DNA of 64,000 bases, taken from assembly GCA_963838925.1 (NCBI GenBank), contig CAWISW010000002.1, positions 192,001-256,000 of the forward strand, given 5' to 3'. This DNA is from an uncultured Nitrososphaerota archaeon (GTDB lineage Archaea; Thermoproteota; Nitrososphaeria; Nitrososphaerales; Gagatemarchaeaceae). Each line of letters begins with the position of its first letter. The first letter of the stretch is position 1. The notes under the pieces are model-generated. The model was not told the origin of the DNA, made no database searches, and was given only the letters and a program-made list of their open reading frames with translations. This document shows, piece after piece, positions 48,740 to 57,800 of this stretch. The position numbers and the translations under genes are program-made.

Positions 48740-51424
48740 TTGTCGGAGCAGAATCGCGCGATAATCGTCCGTGCCGAGGCCGACCCCGAGTCCAACAGGT
48801 ACTCGCAGGCGACCTTCGACGTAAAGTTCCACTTCCTCAGCGAGGACTCCGGCAAGAGGATAGACTTCAAGCTCTTCGAGATAGAGAGGGACAAGGACGG
48901 AAAGGTCACCAAGAAGACTTTCGTCCCGGGCACCAAGGTCTCTGGCGTGCTCGAGAAGAAGTCCGGTGTCGGCAGGGCGGACTCGGAGAAGAAGGAGCTC
49001 GTCCCTGTCGCCTACCTGATGACCTTCAAACCCGACGGCGCAAGGCCAGACGTTGCAACGACCCTCCCCCGCATATCGTTCCTGTTCGACTCCTCGGCCA
49101 ACCCTTACTTCGTCCCGCTCCCCGACGGCAAGCCCCGCGAGCTCCAAGTCCGGATCAAGCTCACCCCTGACGGAAGCGGCGGCGCGAACTCCCCAGACCC
49201 CGCGGCGGCCGACTCGCCCGACGTGGTTGCCTCTCCCTACTTCAACGTCTCAGGGCACTTCATTGTGCCGGTCGGGGGGATGGCAACCTACGACTGGTAT
49301 TCGGGGAACGCGGTCACGTTCTACTCCAACGCGAGCAAGGACGACAAGGGAACCGAGGGCGCCTTCCACGACATCGGCGACGCCATAGCCAAGGCAAAAC
49401 ACTTCGTCCTCATCTGCGACTGGTCCTTCCACCCCTACATGCGGCTCGCCCACACCGAGAAGCCGGAGATCAAGGACACGATAGGCGGGATCCTCGTCGC
49501 AAAGGCGAAGGAGAACAAGGACATCCTGATCGCGATACACACGTGGGACCACCCTGTCGTGGGGGCTGCCAAGGACAGCGACAACGACTTCGCGCACATG
49601 CAGCTCCGGGACATCGCCCGGGCGCTCGCCAAGCCGGACGAGAAGGTCGACTGGAAGCCTCCCAACCTCCTCTGGCGCGCCAGCACGCACACGGGGGTCG
49701 GCTACTCGCACCACCAGAAGATGGTCGTCGTGGACTGCGAGGCCGAGGGCCAGAAGGGCCGCAGGGACATCAAGGTCTTCTTCGGCGGGCTCGACCTGAC
49801 CAAGGGACGATTCGACTGGTGGGCGCACCCTATCATGCCGCCCCCGGAGTCGAACCCAGAGGCGAAGGCGAAGGAGGCCACCGCCTTCGACGCGACGAGC
49901 TCCGGCTTCGTCAAGGCCATCCCTGCCACGGGCTACGGGTACCGCTCGCTGGGCGGCCTCTCCAAGCAGGCCTTCGACGGGTTCAGCGTCCTGACCGAGT
50001 ACGAGTACGACGACTGGTACAACGCCGAGTTCGGCGGCAACCAGGAGATGCCCAGGCAGCCATGGCACGACATCCACGCCCAGCTGACCGGCCCGACAGC
50101 CTGGGACATGGTTAGGGAGTTTGTCGGGAGGTGGAACGTCGATCCTGCCTCCCCCGAGGCGCGCGGCGACAGGAACGTCGACGCCGTGACCAGGGTCGTC
50201 GGCAAGTTCGCGTTCATCCTCTCCGAGAGGACCGAGGACGACAAGAACTTCCTCTTTGTCCAGCAGTATGAGAAGAGGGACCCGAAGGACGGGCAGTTCA
50301 TCGGCCAGGTCCTGAGGTCGATAAAGAAGGAGCATTGGGGCCCGCCCTCCGTGGGCAACTGGTTCCCCACCAAGGTGCAGGTCGTTGGGGCATCGCCGAA
50401 GGAGTTCGAATGGATACTCAACTGGGGCTCAGAGAGCAGCATCCAGGAGGCGTACGTCCGGGCCATCGCGGGGGCGCAGAGGTTCGTCTACATCGAGAGC
50501 CAGTACTTCATCGGCGCCGGGGTCGCATACGCCAAGAGCGTCAACAACAAGATCCCGAAGACCATCGTGAAGAGGGTGCTGCAGATGATCGAGAACAAGA
50601 AGCCCTTCCACGTCTACGTCGTAATCCCGATGTACCCAGAGGGGAACCCCGACGAGGGCGCCCTCCGCGTCGTGAGGGAGTACGAGGCGAGCACGATGGA
50701 GTACATCGCCACGAACGTCCAGAACGCTTGCGAAGCGCAGGCGAAGAAGGACTCGAGCTTCAAGGGCACCTGGAAGGACTATGTCTCCTTCTACTTCCCA
50801 GCGCGGTGGGACAGGAGGGGTAAGGTCGACATCTCCGGCAAGAGGCAGAAGCGGGTCTCCGCGAACCAGAGGTACATGATCTACGTCCACTCGAAGCTGA
50901 TGATAGTCGACGACGAGTTTGTAATAGTCGGGAGCGCAAACCTGAACGAGAGGAGCCTCGCGGGGGACCGCGACACGGAGATCTGCATAGGCATGACGGC
51001 GCAGGACCAGGCCGCGCGCACGCAGGTCCAGAACTTCAGGCTCGACCTTTGGAGCGAGCTGCTGGGCAATGCAAAGGCAAAGGCCCAGCCTAAGGACGCG
51101 TGGAAGACCCCTGAGACGGCGGGGTGCGTCGGGGACATCAAGGTGAGGGCCACGAACAATTACGTCGGGCTGAGGACGAACTCCGCCACCGACACCAGCG
51201 GGTTCCTCTGCATCTTCCCGATTGACTGGGAGAAGGGGAAGAAGGGCGACTGGAACCCGGTCTTCTTCAGCGATCCGAACCACAAGGACGTGGACTGGCT
51301 GGTCATGCCCGACGCCGACAACGAGGGGACCCGCTGGATAGACAAGACCACCTGGCGATGGGACTCTCCCGGGGCGATGCGGTCCTCGGGCGCTATCATC
51401 CGCCTGACGGACCTCCCGGAGTAG
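48740..51424 (+). CDS. Eukaryote-like phospholipase D (two HKD motifs), candidate CIS effector
   Basis: SHHQKMVVVD, GGLDL..GR.D, PRQPWHDIH, YIESQYF, VVIP.YPEG, IYVHSKLMIVDD..IVGSANLNERS..GDRDTEI. Confidence 0.93.
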   Translation: MSEQNRAIIVRAEADPESNRYSQATFDVKFHFLSEDSGKRIDFKLFEIERDKDGKVTKKTFVPGTKVSGVLEKKSGVGRADSEKKELVPVAYLMTFKPDGARPDVATTLPRISFLFDSSANPYFVPLPDGKPRELQVRIKLTPDGSGGANSPDPAAADSPDVVASPYFNVSGHFIVPVGGMATYDWYSGNAVTFYSNASKDDKGTEGAFHDIGDAIAKAKHFVLICDWSFHPYMRLAHTEKPEIKDTIGGILVAKAKENKDILIAIHTWDHPVVGAAKDSDNDFAHMQLRDIARALAKPDEKVDWKPPNLLWRASTHTGVGYSHHQKMVVVDCEAEGQKGRRDIKVFFGGLDLTKGRFDWWAHPIMPPPESNPEAKAKEATAFDATSSGFVKAIPATGYGYRSLGGLSKQAFDGFSVLTEYEYDDWYNAEFGGNQEMPRQPWHDIHAQLTGPTAWDMVREFVGRWNVDPASPEARGDRNVDAVTRVVGKFAFILSERTEDDKNFLFVQQYEKRDPKDGQFIGQVLRSIKKEHWGPPSVGNWFPTKVQVVGASPKEFEWILNWGSESSIQEAYVRAIAGAQRFVYIESQYFIGAGVAYAKSVNNKIPKTIVKRVLQMIENKKPFHVYVVIPMYPEGNPDEGALRVVREYEASTMEYIATNVQNACEAQAKKDSSFKGTWKDYVSFYFPARWDRRGKVDISGKRQKRVSANQRYMIYVHSKLMIVDDEFVIVGSANLNERSLAGDRDTEICIGMTAQDQAARTQVQNFRLDLWSELLGNAKAKAQPKDAWKTPETAGCVGDIKVRATNNYVGLRTNSATDTSGFLCIFPIDWEKGKKGDWNPVFFSDPNHKDVDWLVMPDADNEGTRWIDKTTWRWDSPGAMRSSGAIIRLTDLPE

Positions 51425-51437
51425 GAGATGGCGAGGT

Positions 51438-52403
51438 TTGCTGAAGCCGTCCTACAGCCTCTCGATGGGCTCTGCGAGCGTCGACCCGGACTCTAGCACC
51501 GACCTTATCTCGCTGAGGATAGACACTTCGATGAACGGCCCCGCAGGATGCTTCGAGGCCGTCCTCCGTTCGTCTGGGGGGCTGAGCGTCTCAAGGGGCG
51601 ACTCGATCACAGCCTCCCTGGGGTACGACGACACGGAGAACGTCTTCACCGGCGTGGTCGACGTAGTCGACGCGGGCTTCCACACGGTGAGGGTTTTCGG
51701 GCTCAACTCCATCGCCAAGATGATGCGCCGGCGCGCCAACACGTCCTACGAGTCCCAGACCTGCGGTGCGATCGTCTCCGACATGGCCGGGACGGCCGAG
51801 GTCACGCCGGGGGACGTCGAGGACGGCCTCACTCTTCCTTACTACATCGTCGACAGCGACATGTCCTTCCACGAGCACACGATGAGGCTCGCGAGGAGGA
51901 ACGGCTTCGACGTCTTCGCGAACGCCGACGACGAGCTCTGCTTCAAAGCTTACGAGGCATCCTCGGCAACAACCTTCGAGTACGGCAAGGACGTCATCCA
52001 TGTCTCGAGGCTCGACCAGGAGCCGGTCTACAAGGGAGTCAAGGTCTTCGGGGAGAGCCCCTCGAGCTCCCAGGGGGAGGACTCGATTCACTGGCTCACA
52101 AAGACCCCCGTCCAAGGCGAGAGCGGCAGCGGCAACGAGCTCATCGTCCAGGACGCCTCCCTCAGGGACACCGACTCCGCCGGATCTGCTGCCGAGGCGA
52201 TCCAGGGGCGATTCTCAAAGTCAATCGCCGTCATCCTCGACGTCGTGGGGAACGCCGCCGTGAAGCTCAACGACACCGTCGAAATCTCGGAGATGCCAGA
52301 CTCTTCCATCAACGGGGAGTATCAGGTTACCCGAGTGGAGCACTTCCTCGCAAAGTCCAAGGGATTCACCACGTCCTTCCGCCTCCTCGGTTCGTCGGAG
52401 TGA
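51438..52403 (+). CDS. Baseplate hub protein (late control D / gp27-like)
   Basis: LGY.....VFTG.V, LARRNGF, G.Y.V..VEH.....GF.T. Confidence 0.85.
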   Translation: MLKPSYSLSMGSASVDPDSSTDLISLRIDTSMNGPAGCFEAVLRSSGGLSVSRGDSITASLGYDDTENVFTGVVDVVDAGFHTVRVFGLNSIAKMMRRRANTSYESQTCGAIVSDMAGTAEVTPGDVEDGLTLPYYIVDSDMSFHEHTMRLARRNGFDVFANADDELCFKAYEASSATTFEYGKDVIHVSRLDQEPVYKGVKVFGESPSSSQGEDSIHWLTKTPVQGESGSGNELIVQDASLRDTDSAGSAAEAIQGRFSKSIAVILDVVGNAAVKLNDTVEISEMPDSSINGEYQVTRVEHFLAKSKGFTTSFRLLGSSE

Positions 52404-52480
52404 CCTAGCGTGTCCACGCCCCCCTTGCTGACCTTAAATCGGCCCGTTGGGGAACGGGGTACCATCGGGGTAGCAGACAG

Positions 52481-52906
52481 ATGAGCGAAGAGAAGCCCGT
52501 TCTTGGCAAGGACCTTCGACTCGTCTACGCGGACGTCGGCGCAGACCTCAAGGTCTCCCCGTCCGGTGACCTCGAGCTCGTCGACGACGAGCTCAACCTG
52601 GGCCAGGCGATAGTCCACAGGATGAGGACCCGTCCCGGGGAGCTCCTTGACATCGGGCACTCCTCCTACGGCTCAAAGCTCTACGACCTCATCGGGGAGC
52701 CCAACAACGAGGCCACGCGGGAGAAGGTGAGGGCGGTGGTCATCGAGGCCCTCGAGAGGGAGCCACGAGTGAAGAAGGTCGTGAAGGTCTCTGTGACGGT
52801 GAGGAGGGACAGGCCCGACGCCGTAGACGTAGACGTGAGCCTCATCGCGACGGACACTGAGGTGCCGCTCAACGTCGTCTTCCCGTTCTACCTGGAGAAC
52901 GCATAG
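52481..52906 (+). CDS. Baseplate wedge protein gp25/GPW
   Basis: NL.QAI..R..T..GEL...GH..YGS.L..LIGEP, L..EPRV. Confidence 0.9.
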   Translation: MSEEKPVLGKDLRLVYADVGADLKVSPSGDLELVDDELNLGQAIVHRMRTRPGELLDIGHSSYGSKLYDLIGEPNNEATREKVRAVVIEALEREPRVKKVVKVSVTVRRDRPDAVDVDVSLIATDTEVPLNVVFPFYLENA

Positions 52907-52907
52907 C

Positions 52908-54521
52908 ATGTCCTACGAGACCAAGTCCTTCGAGGAGATCACGACGTCGATGCTCGAGCAGCTCACCAAGGCGGTCGTGAGGGAGAACCTGGTCTACGAC
53001 CCGACCAAGGTCAGATACCGCCTGGGCTCCGGCGAGGACGGAATCCGCGACGTGGTCAAGGTCGAAGGCCCGGTGAAGGGGGTGCGGGCGTCCTTCGCAA
53101 AGGGGACCGACTATCGGCTCTCGGAGGGGATGTTTGAGTGGTTAGAGGGCGGGAAACGACCCGACGTCATGTCGACGTTCGAGGTCTCATACCTCTTCGG
53201 TAGCCCGTCGCCCATCACGGACGTCAACCCGGGGAGCGTCGTTCGGACCATCATCGAGGCCATAGGCCGGGAGATCGAGTACCTGTACGCCCAGAACGAC
53301 TACGTCTACAAGGCGGGGTTCATAGACACCGCCTCCGGCAACTCGCTTGACCTCGTGGTCGCGATCCTCGGCGTGCAGAGAAGGCCTGCCCAGAACGCGG
53401 CGGGGCTGGTGACGTTCGGCAGGAGGAAGCCCCCGCCGGAGTTGCCTCCACAGGAGCAGGTGATAGTCTATGACGGAGGGAAGAAGTACGACCTGAAGCG
53501 GACGCCGGTCTTCGACATCATCAGCGTCAAGGGAATGCTGCACAACCAGCCGTTCGTCTTCAAGAAGGGTGCGGACTATTCCCTCGACGGCGACTCGCTA
53601 TCGTGGCTCGAGAGCACGTTCAAGCCCGACTACCGCTCAGAGTTCAGGGTCGCCTACAAGGCGTACCAGCAAGTGGCCATACCGAAGGGGACCCGGCTCT
53701 CCACCTCCTCCCGCCGTAAGCAGGAGGTGAAGCTCTTCGAGACCACAGATGAGGCTGTCCTCCAGAGGAAGCCGCTGGGCGTTTGGGAGGTCGACGTCCC
53801 CGTGAAGGCCGTGGACGCGGGCCCCGGGGGCAATGTGCTTTCGGGAAGCATCACGCTGATGCCTCAGCCGGTCGAGACGATAGAATTCGTGGTCAACAGG
53901 CAGCCCTTGAGCGGGGGCACCGAGCCAGAGACCGACAACGTCCTGAGGGACAGGGCGAAGAAAGGGCTCCGGGCACTTGGACGCGCCACATACAACTCGC
54001 TCAAGCAGCGCATCGAGGAGATTGACGGCGTCGTCAGGCCCGTGAGGATAGACGAGATGCCCGTCCTCTACTCCGTGGAGATGGGGGGGAGCGCGGTGGA
54101 CCTGCCGGTCCCGGGCGTGGTCAGGGTCATCGTCGACGGAGGGGAGATGGACAAGATCAAACAGGCGGTCGACGACACTAGGGCCGCGGGCGTATACGTC
54201 CAGATACTTCGGCCTAAGTTCCTGCTGCTCGACGTCCGGGTGCTCCTGGAGCTACAGGACGGGACCCAGCTCGCCGACGTCGAAGAGGCGATCAAGGACG
54301 GGGTGGAGGCCTACGTCGGCTCCGTCACGACAGGCGAGACGGTGATATTCGGGAGGCTCGTAGCCGTCGCGCTGGCCTCGAAGGGGGTGAGGGACGTCAA
54401 GGGCATCGCCGTGGACTACTACAGGGACGGCCAGCCGGGCGGCAGCAGCTCCAGGGAGAACATCGTGCTAGACGCGGACGAGAAGCCAAGGGTCAGGACA
54501 GTGAGCGTGCTAGTCGGGTGA
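52908..54521 (+). CDS. Baseplate J/gp47-like protein with two inserted beta domains
   Basis: D.NPGSV.RT..EA, IDTA.G..LD, A.G.VTF, GG...ETD..LR.R. Confidence 0.9.
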   Translation: MSYETKSFEEITTSMLEQLTKAVVRENLVYDPTKVRYRLGSGEDGIRDVVKVEGPVKGVRASFAKGTDYRLSEGMFEWLEGGKRPDVMSTFEVSYLFGSPSPITDVNPGSVVRTIIEAIGREIEYLYAQNDYVYKAGFIDTASGNSLDLVVAILGVQRRPAQNAAGLVTFGRRKPPPELPPQEQVIVYDGGKKYDLKRTPVFDIISVKGMLHNQPFVFKKGADYSLDGDSLSWLESTFKPDYRSEFRVAYKAYQQVAIPKGTRLSTSSRRKQEVKLFETTDEAVLQRKPLGVWEVDVPVKAVDAGPGGNVLSGSITLMPQPVETIEFVVNRQPLSGGTEPETDNVLRDRAKKGLRALGRATYNSLKQRIEEIDGVVRPVRIDEMPVLYSVEMGGSAVDLPVPGVVRVIVDGGEMDKIKQAVDDTRAAGVYVQILRPKFLLLDVRVLLELQDGTQLADVEEAIKDGVEAYVGSVTTGETVIFGRLVAVALASKGVRDVKGIAVDYYRDGQPGGSSSRENIVLDADEKPRVRTVSVLVG

Positions 54522-55444
54522 CGATAGAATTGGAGAGGACCAGGCGGATTGCTGACAGGCTCCCCGAGTTCTACAGGACCTGGGACACCGACTCCGTCAT
54601 CTTCAAGGTCCTCGACTCGGTGGGGCGGTCCCTCAACGAGGAGCAGAAGAGCGTCTTCCGCATCATGCGGACACACTGGGTGGACACCGCCAACCGCGGC
54701 GACCTCGACAAGCTGGGCGCGATATTCGAGCTCACGAGGACCAACGAAGAGGCCGACGACGACTATCGCGCACGAATCAAGAGCGCGCTCCGGCAGTTCA
54801 AGGGCGGCGGCACAGTGGCATCCGTCAAGACTCTGATGGCCGACTTCCTCTCCGTGAGGGAGGAGGAGCTTGAGGTAGTGGAGAACCCCGAGCGCAAAAT
54901 GTCGATTGAAAAGAGAGTCGCGGGCGGCCAGACCTGGACCCTCGGGAGCATGAGCGTCGAGGAGGCCTCCCCGGTGATCGAGATGACGCTCCAGGGCGAG
55001 GGGAATGTCGTGCTAAACCCGGCGCTGAGGAACCTGGACTCGGGCGGGCGCGTGGGCTTCGAAGGGCGGTTCAGGGTCGGCCAGAGGCTGGTCATGAGCG
55101 AGGGCTCCGCCACACTCGACGGGGAAGACGTCTCGTCTTTGGTCACCGCCTCGCCCGCGTTCCCGAGGCTCAGTTCGGGCGGCTCGCGCTGGGTCTACGA
55201 GGAGGCCATCTCGGCGAAGGTCGGCCACCTCTCGAAGAGCTCCTTCGGCTCCTCGATCTTCGCCCTTCCGGTGCCCGACGCGGTGATACGCCTGACCTGG
55301 TCAGGGAGGCAGCCCTCTACCTTCGCGCTGCGGGTCCCTCCGAGGGCACTGGCGGCCAGCGGTGTGTCCGAGGGCGAGGCCGCGGACTTTCTTAATACTA
55401 TAAAGGGAGCAGGCGTGCGGGCAGAACTGGTTGTGAAGGAGTAG
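54518..55444 (+). CDS. Baseplate wedge protein (P2 gpI-like)
   Basis: LP.FY, .DTA...DLD.LG, E.DD.YR.RI, GGT; C-terminal IK.AGV. Confidence 0.75.
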   Translation: MTIELERTRRIADRLPEFYRTWDTDSVIFKVLDSVGRSLNEEQKSVFRIMRTHWVDTANRGDLDKLGAIFELTRTNEEADDDYRARIKSALRQFKGGGTVASVKTLMADFLSVREEELEVVENPERKMSIEKRVAGGQTWTLGSMSVEEASPVIEMTLQGEGNVVLNPALRNLDSGGRVGFEGRFRVGQRLVMSEGSATLDGEDVSSLVTASPAFPRLSSGGSRWVYEEAISAKVGHLSKSSFGSSIFALPVPDAVIRLTWSGRQPSTFALRVPPRALAASGVSEGEAADFLNTIKGAGVRAELVVKE

Positions 55445-55451
55445 AGCCCCG

Positions 55452-56105
55452 TTGACCAGCTTCAAGCCAAAGATCGCGCAGCCTGGGGACACCATCACCG
55501 CGGACGACTGGAACTACATCCAGCAGGGGATCCTCGAGGACCTCGTGCGACTGGAGGCCGAGAACGCGGAGCTGAGGAGGTACGTGGACAACATGTCCGA
55601 GATCAACACGATAACCCGCCTGGACAGCCCGGAGGGCAAGTCCTACGGGCTCGACGAGAAGGTCCCGGGCGAGACCGGCACCTACGGGACCGACCTGCTC
55701 GGCTTCATCACGAAGCAGTGGCTACCGTCGGTCAGGGCCGCCTCGGTCGACATATGCCGCTTCACCGTCGCCAACCTCTTCGACCAGCTCGACTTTTGGG
55801 CCGGCGCAGAGAACGGAAACCAAAAGGCGCTGGACGTCTCCATCAGGTACGTGGACGGCTCCACGGAGACCGTGAAGAACCTCGTCGTCCACGAGAGGAA
55901 GAAGCTCTCCGCGAAGGGGGCCGAGAACCCCTACGTCGAGTTCCTGCTCGCCCCCAACCAGTGGGTGTGGTACAGGTACAGGCTGCCCAACCCCCACCCG
56001 GACAGGGAGGTTCTCTCAGTGACTTTCAAGAACTCCAATCCAAAGTCGACCACCAGGATTGCCGACGTCATGCAGCTCAGGACGAAGATCAAGCAGCTGA
56101 AGTGA
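55452..56105 (+). CDS. CIS-associated protein (possible short fibre/receptor-binding)
   Basis: N-terminal PGD.ITA.DWN motif as seen in tail-fibre-adjacent proteins, a short coiled coil and a beta-rich C-domain. Confidence 0.55.
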   Translation: MTSFKPKIAQPGDTITADDWNYIQQGILEDLVRLEAENAELRRYVDNMSEINTITRLDSPEGKSYGLDEKVPGETGTYGTDLLGFITKQWLPSVRAASVDICRFTVANLFDQLDFWAGAENGNQKALDVSIRYVDGSTETVKNLVVHERKKLSAKGAENPYVEFLLAPNQWVWYRYRLPNPHPDREVLSVTFKNSNPKSTTRIADVMQLRTKIKQLK

Positions 56106-56108
56106 TCT

Positions 56109-56825
56109 TTGGTGCTAAGCGAGATCTCCAGCGGGCTCGTGAAGGCGCTCCAGGAGAGGATGGAGAGCGTAAACAAGGAGAACATAGCCTCGCGCTCGCC
56201 GCGCCTCGACCCGGTGCCCCTCCCAGCCTTGTTCGTATACAGCCCCAACTTCACGTTTGAGGACGTAGGCCTCGGCGGCGAGGGCGTGGAGGTGAAGGAG
56301 GAGAAGCGGGAGTCGTTCAGCGGGGACGGCTCGCGGACGGTCTTCTCCCTGGCAGGCAAGGCCCAGAGGCCCCTCCTGCGCGTCGAGTCGTCCACGGGGC
56401 ACCTTCAGATAGAGAACGTGGACTACAAGATGGACTACAGCAGGGGGACGATAACCTTCCGCGCGCCTCCGCCCAAGGGCTCTGAGAACGTCTCGGTCAA
56501 GTACAACTCCGCGGCGGGCGCGGGCAAGACGAAGCAGATCCACATGAACGCCACCTACAACGTCGAGGTCTGGTCGGGGAACGAGAAGCAGAGGGACGAC
56601 ATCACGGTGGACGTGATAAAGGCGGTCGCCCTCGCGCAGGAGGACTTCGCGAACAGGGGGATGCTGGTCAAGCCGGTGGAGGGCGTAGACCTCTATGCTT
56701 CCAAGGAGCTGCCAGGCGGGGTCTTCGCGAAGCGCCTGGTCTACTCCGTCGAGGCGAACCTGCAGGTGAAGATTCCAGCCTCGAGAATCGAGCGGGTGGA
56801 CGTGAGGCAGCTCCCGCCCAAGTGA
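56109..56825 (+). CDS. Tail terminator/cap-like protein with inserted beta domain
   Basis: Helix-P.L-beta layout, Y..EVWS....RD; inserted GDG...F.L...DY..DY..G.I.F domain. Confidence 0.55.
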   Translation: MVLSEISSGLVKALQERMESVNKENIASRSPRLDPVPLPALFVYSPNFTFEDVGLGGEGVEVKEEKRESFSGDGSRTVFSLAGKAQRPLLRVESSTGHLQIENVDYKMDYSRGTITFRAPPPKGSENVSVKYNSAAGAGKTKQIHMNATYNVEVWSGNEKQRDDITVDVIKAVALAQEDFANRGMLVKPVEGVDLYASKELPGGVFAKRLVYSVEANLQVKIPASRIERVDVRQLPPK

Positions 56826-56837
56826 GTTGGCATTGAG

Positions 56838-57470
56838 ATGAGCGGAATAGTCGAGGCGATGAAGAAGGTCGCGGAGTCGGAGGTGGGGAAGGTCCACGTG
56901 GCCGAGCTCGGCGTCGTCACATCGGTCTTCCCCCACGCCGACGAGGGCGACAACGACAACTACGAGTGCAGCGTGAAGCTCAGGGACAAGGACGTCGAGC
57001 TCCGGCAGGTCCCAGTCGCGACGCAGCACATAGGGTTCGCGAGCATCCCACAGGTGGGGGACCTCGTCCTGGTCTCGTTCGTCAATGGGGACGTCAACGC
57101 CCCAGTCATCACTGGGCGCCTCTACAACGACGAGGACCGCCCCCCCGCATCACAGGCAGAAGAGATGGTCTACATCCCTCCCTACACCTCGAACCCTGAC
57201 CTCCGCAGGATATACATCGAGCTGCCCGACCAGACGGTCACTCTCACCATCCAGGACGAGAAAGTGACAATCCACGTCGGGGACACCGACGTCGCAATAA
57301 GCAAGGAGGAGGGCGTCAGCCTCACCTCGAAGCTGCCGATATCGATAAGCACCGAGGACGACCTCTCGATAAAGGCGAAGAACGTCAAGATAGAGAGCGA
57401 CGCCGACACCGAGATCACGGCGAGCGGAAAGACCACGATCAAGGGGACCACCGTGGACCTCAACCCGTAG
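56838..57470 (+). CDS. Spike protein (gpV/gp5/VgrG C-terminal-like)
   Basis: OB-fold G.V...., P.VGD.V.V.F..GD...P...G.LYN, followed by beta-helix repeats. Confidence 0.9.
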   Translation: MSGIVEAMKKVAESEVGKVHVAELGVVTSVFPHADEGDNDNYECSVKLRDKDVELRQVPVATQHIGFASIPQVGDLVLVSFVNGDVNAPVITGRLYNDEDRPPASQAEEMVYIPPYTSNPDLRRIYIELPDQTVTLTIQDEKVTIHVGDTDVAISKEEGVSLTSKLPISISTEDDLSIKAKNVKIESDADTEITASGKTTIKGTTVDLNP

Positions 57471-57479
57471 TGGGACCCA

Positions 57480-57797
57480 ATGCCAGCCGCCGCCCGCCAG
57501 ACTGATCCGGTGCAAGGCAACTGCAGCCACGGCTGCCCCATATGCCCCCACCCGGTCGTGGGGATTGTCTCCGCCGGCTCGCCGACCGTGCTCATAAACA
57601 GCCTGCCTGCAGCGAGGCAGGACGACAAGGGGCTGCACGCCCCCTGCTGCGGCCCGAACAACTTCACCGTCGCAAAGGGCTCTGGTACCGTGAACATCAA
57701 CGGAAAGCCGGCCGCGAGGAGCGGGGACAGCACAAAGCACTGCGGAGGCGACGGCTCGATACAGAACGGTAGCCCGACCGTGAACATAGGAGGCTAG
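57480..57797 (+). CDS. PAAR-domain spike tip protein
   Basis: AAAR, PAAR, PAAR repeats with metal-binding Cys/His. Confidence 0.95.
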   Translation: MPAAARQTDPVQGNCSHGCPICPHPVVGIVSAGSPTVLINSLPAARQDDKGLHAPCCGPNNFTVAKGSGTVNINGKPAARSGDSTKHCGGDGSIQNGSPTVNIGG

Positions 57798-57800
57798 TCG

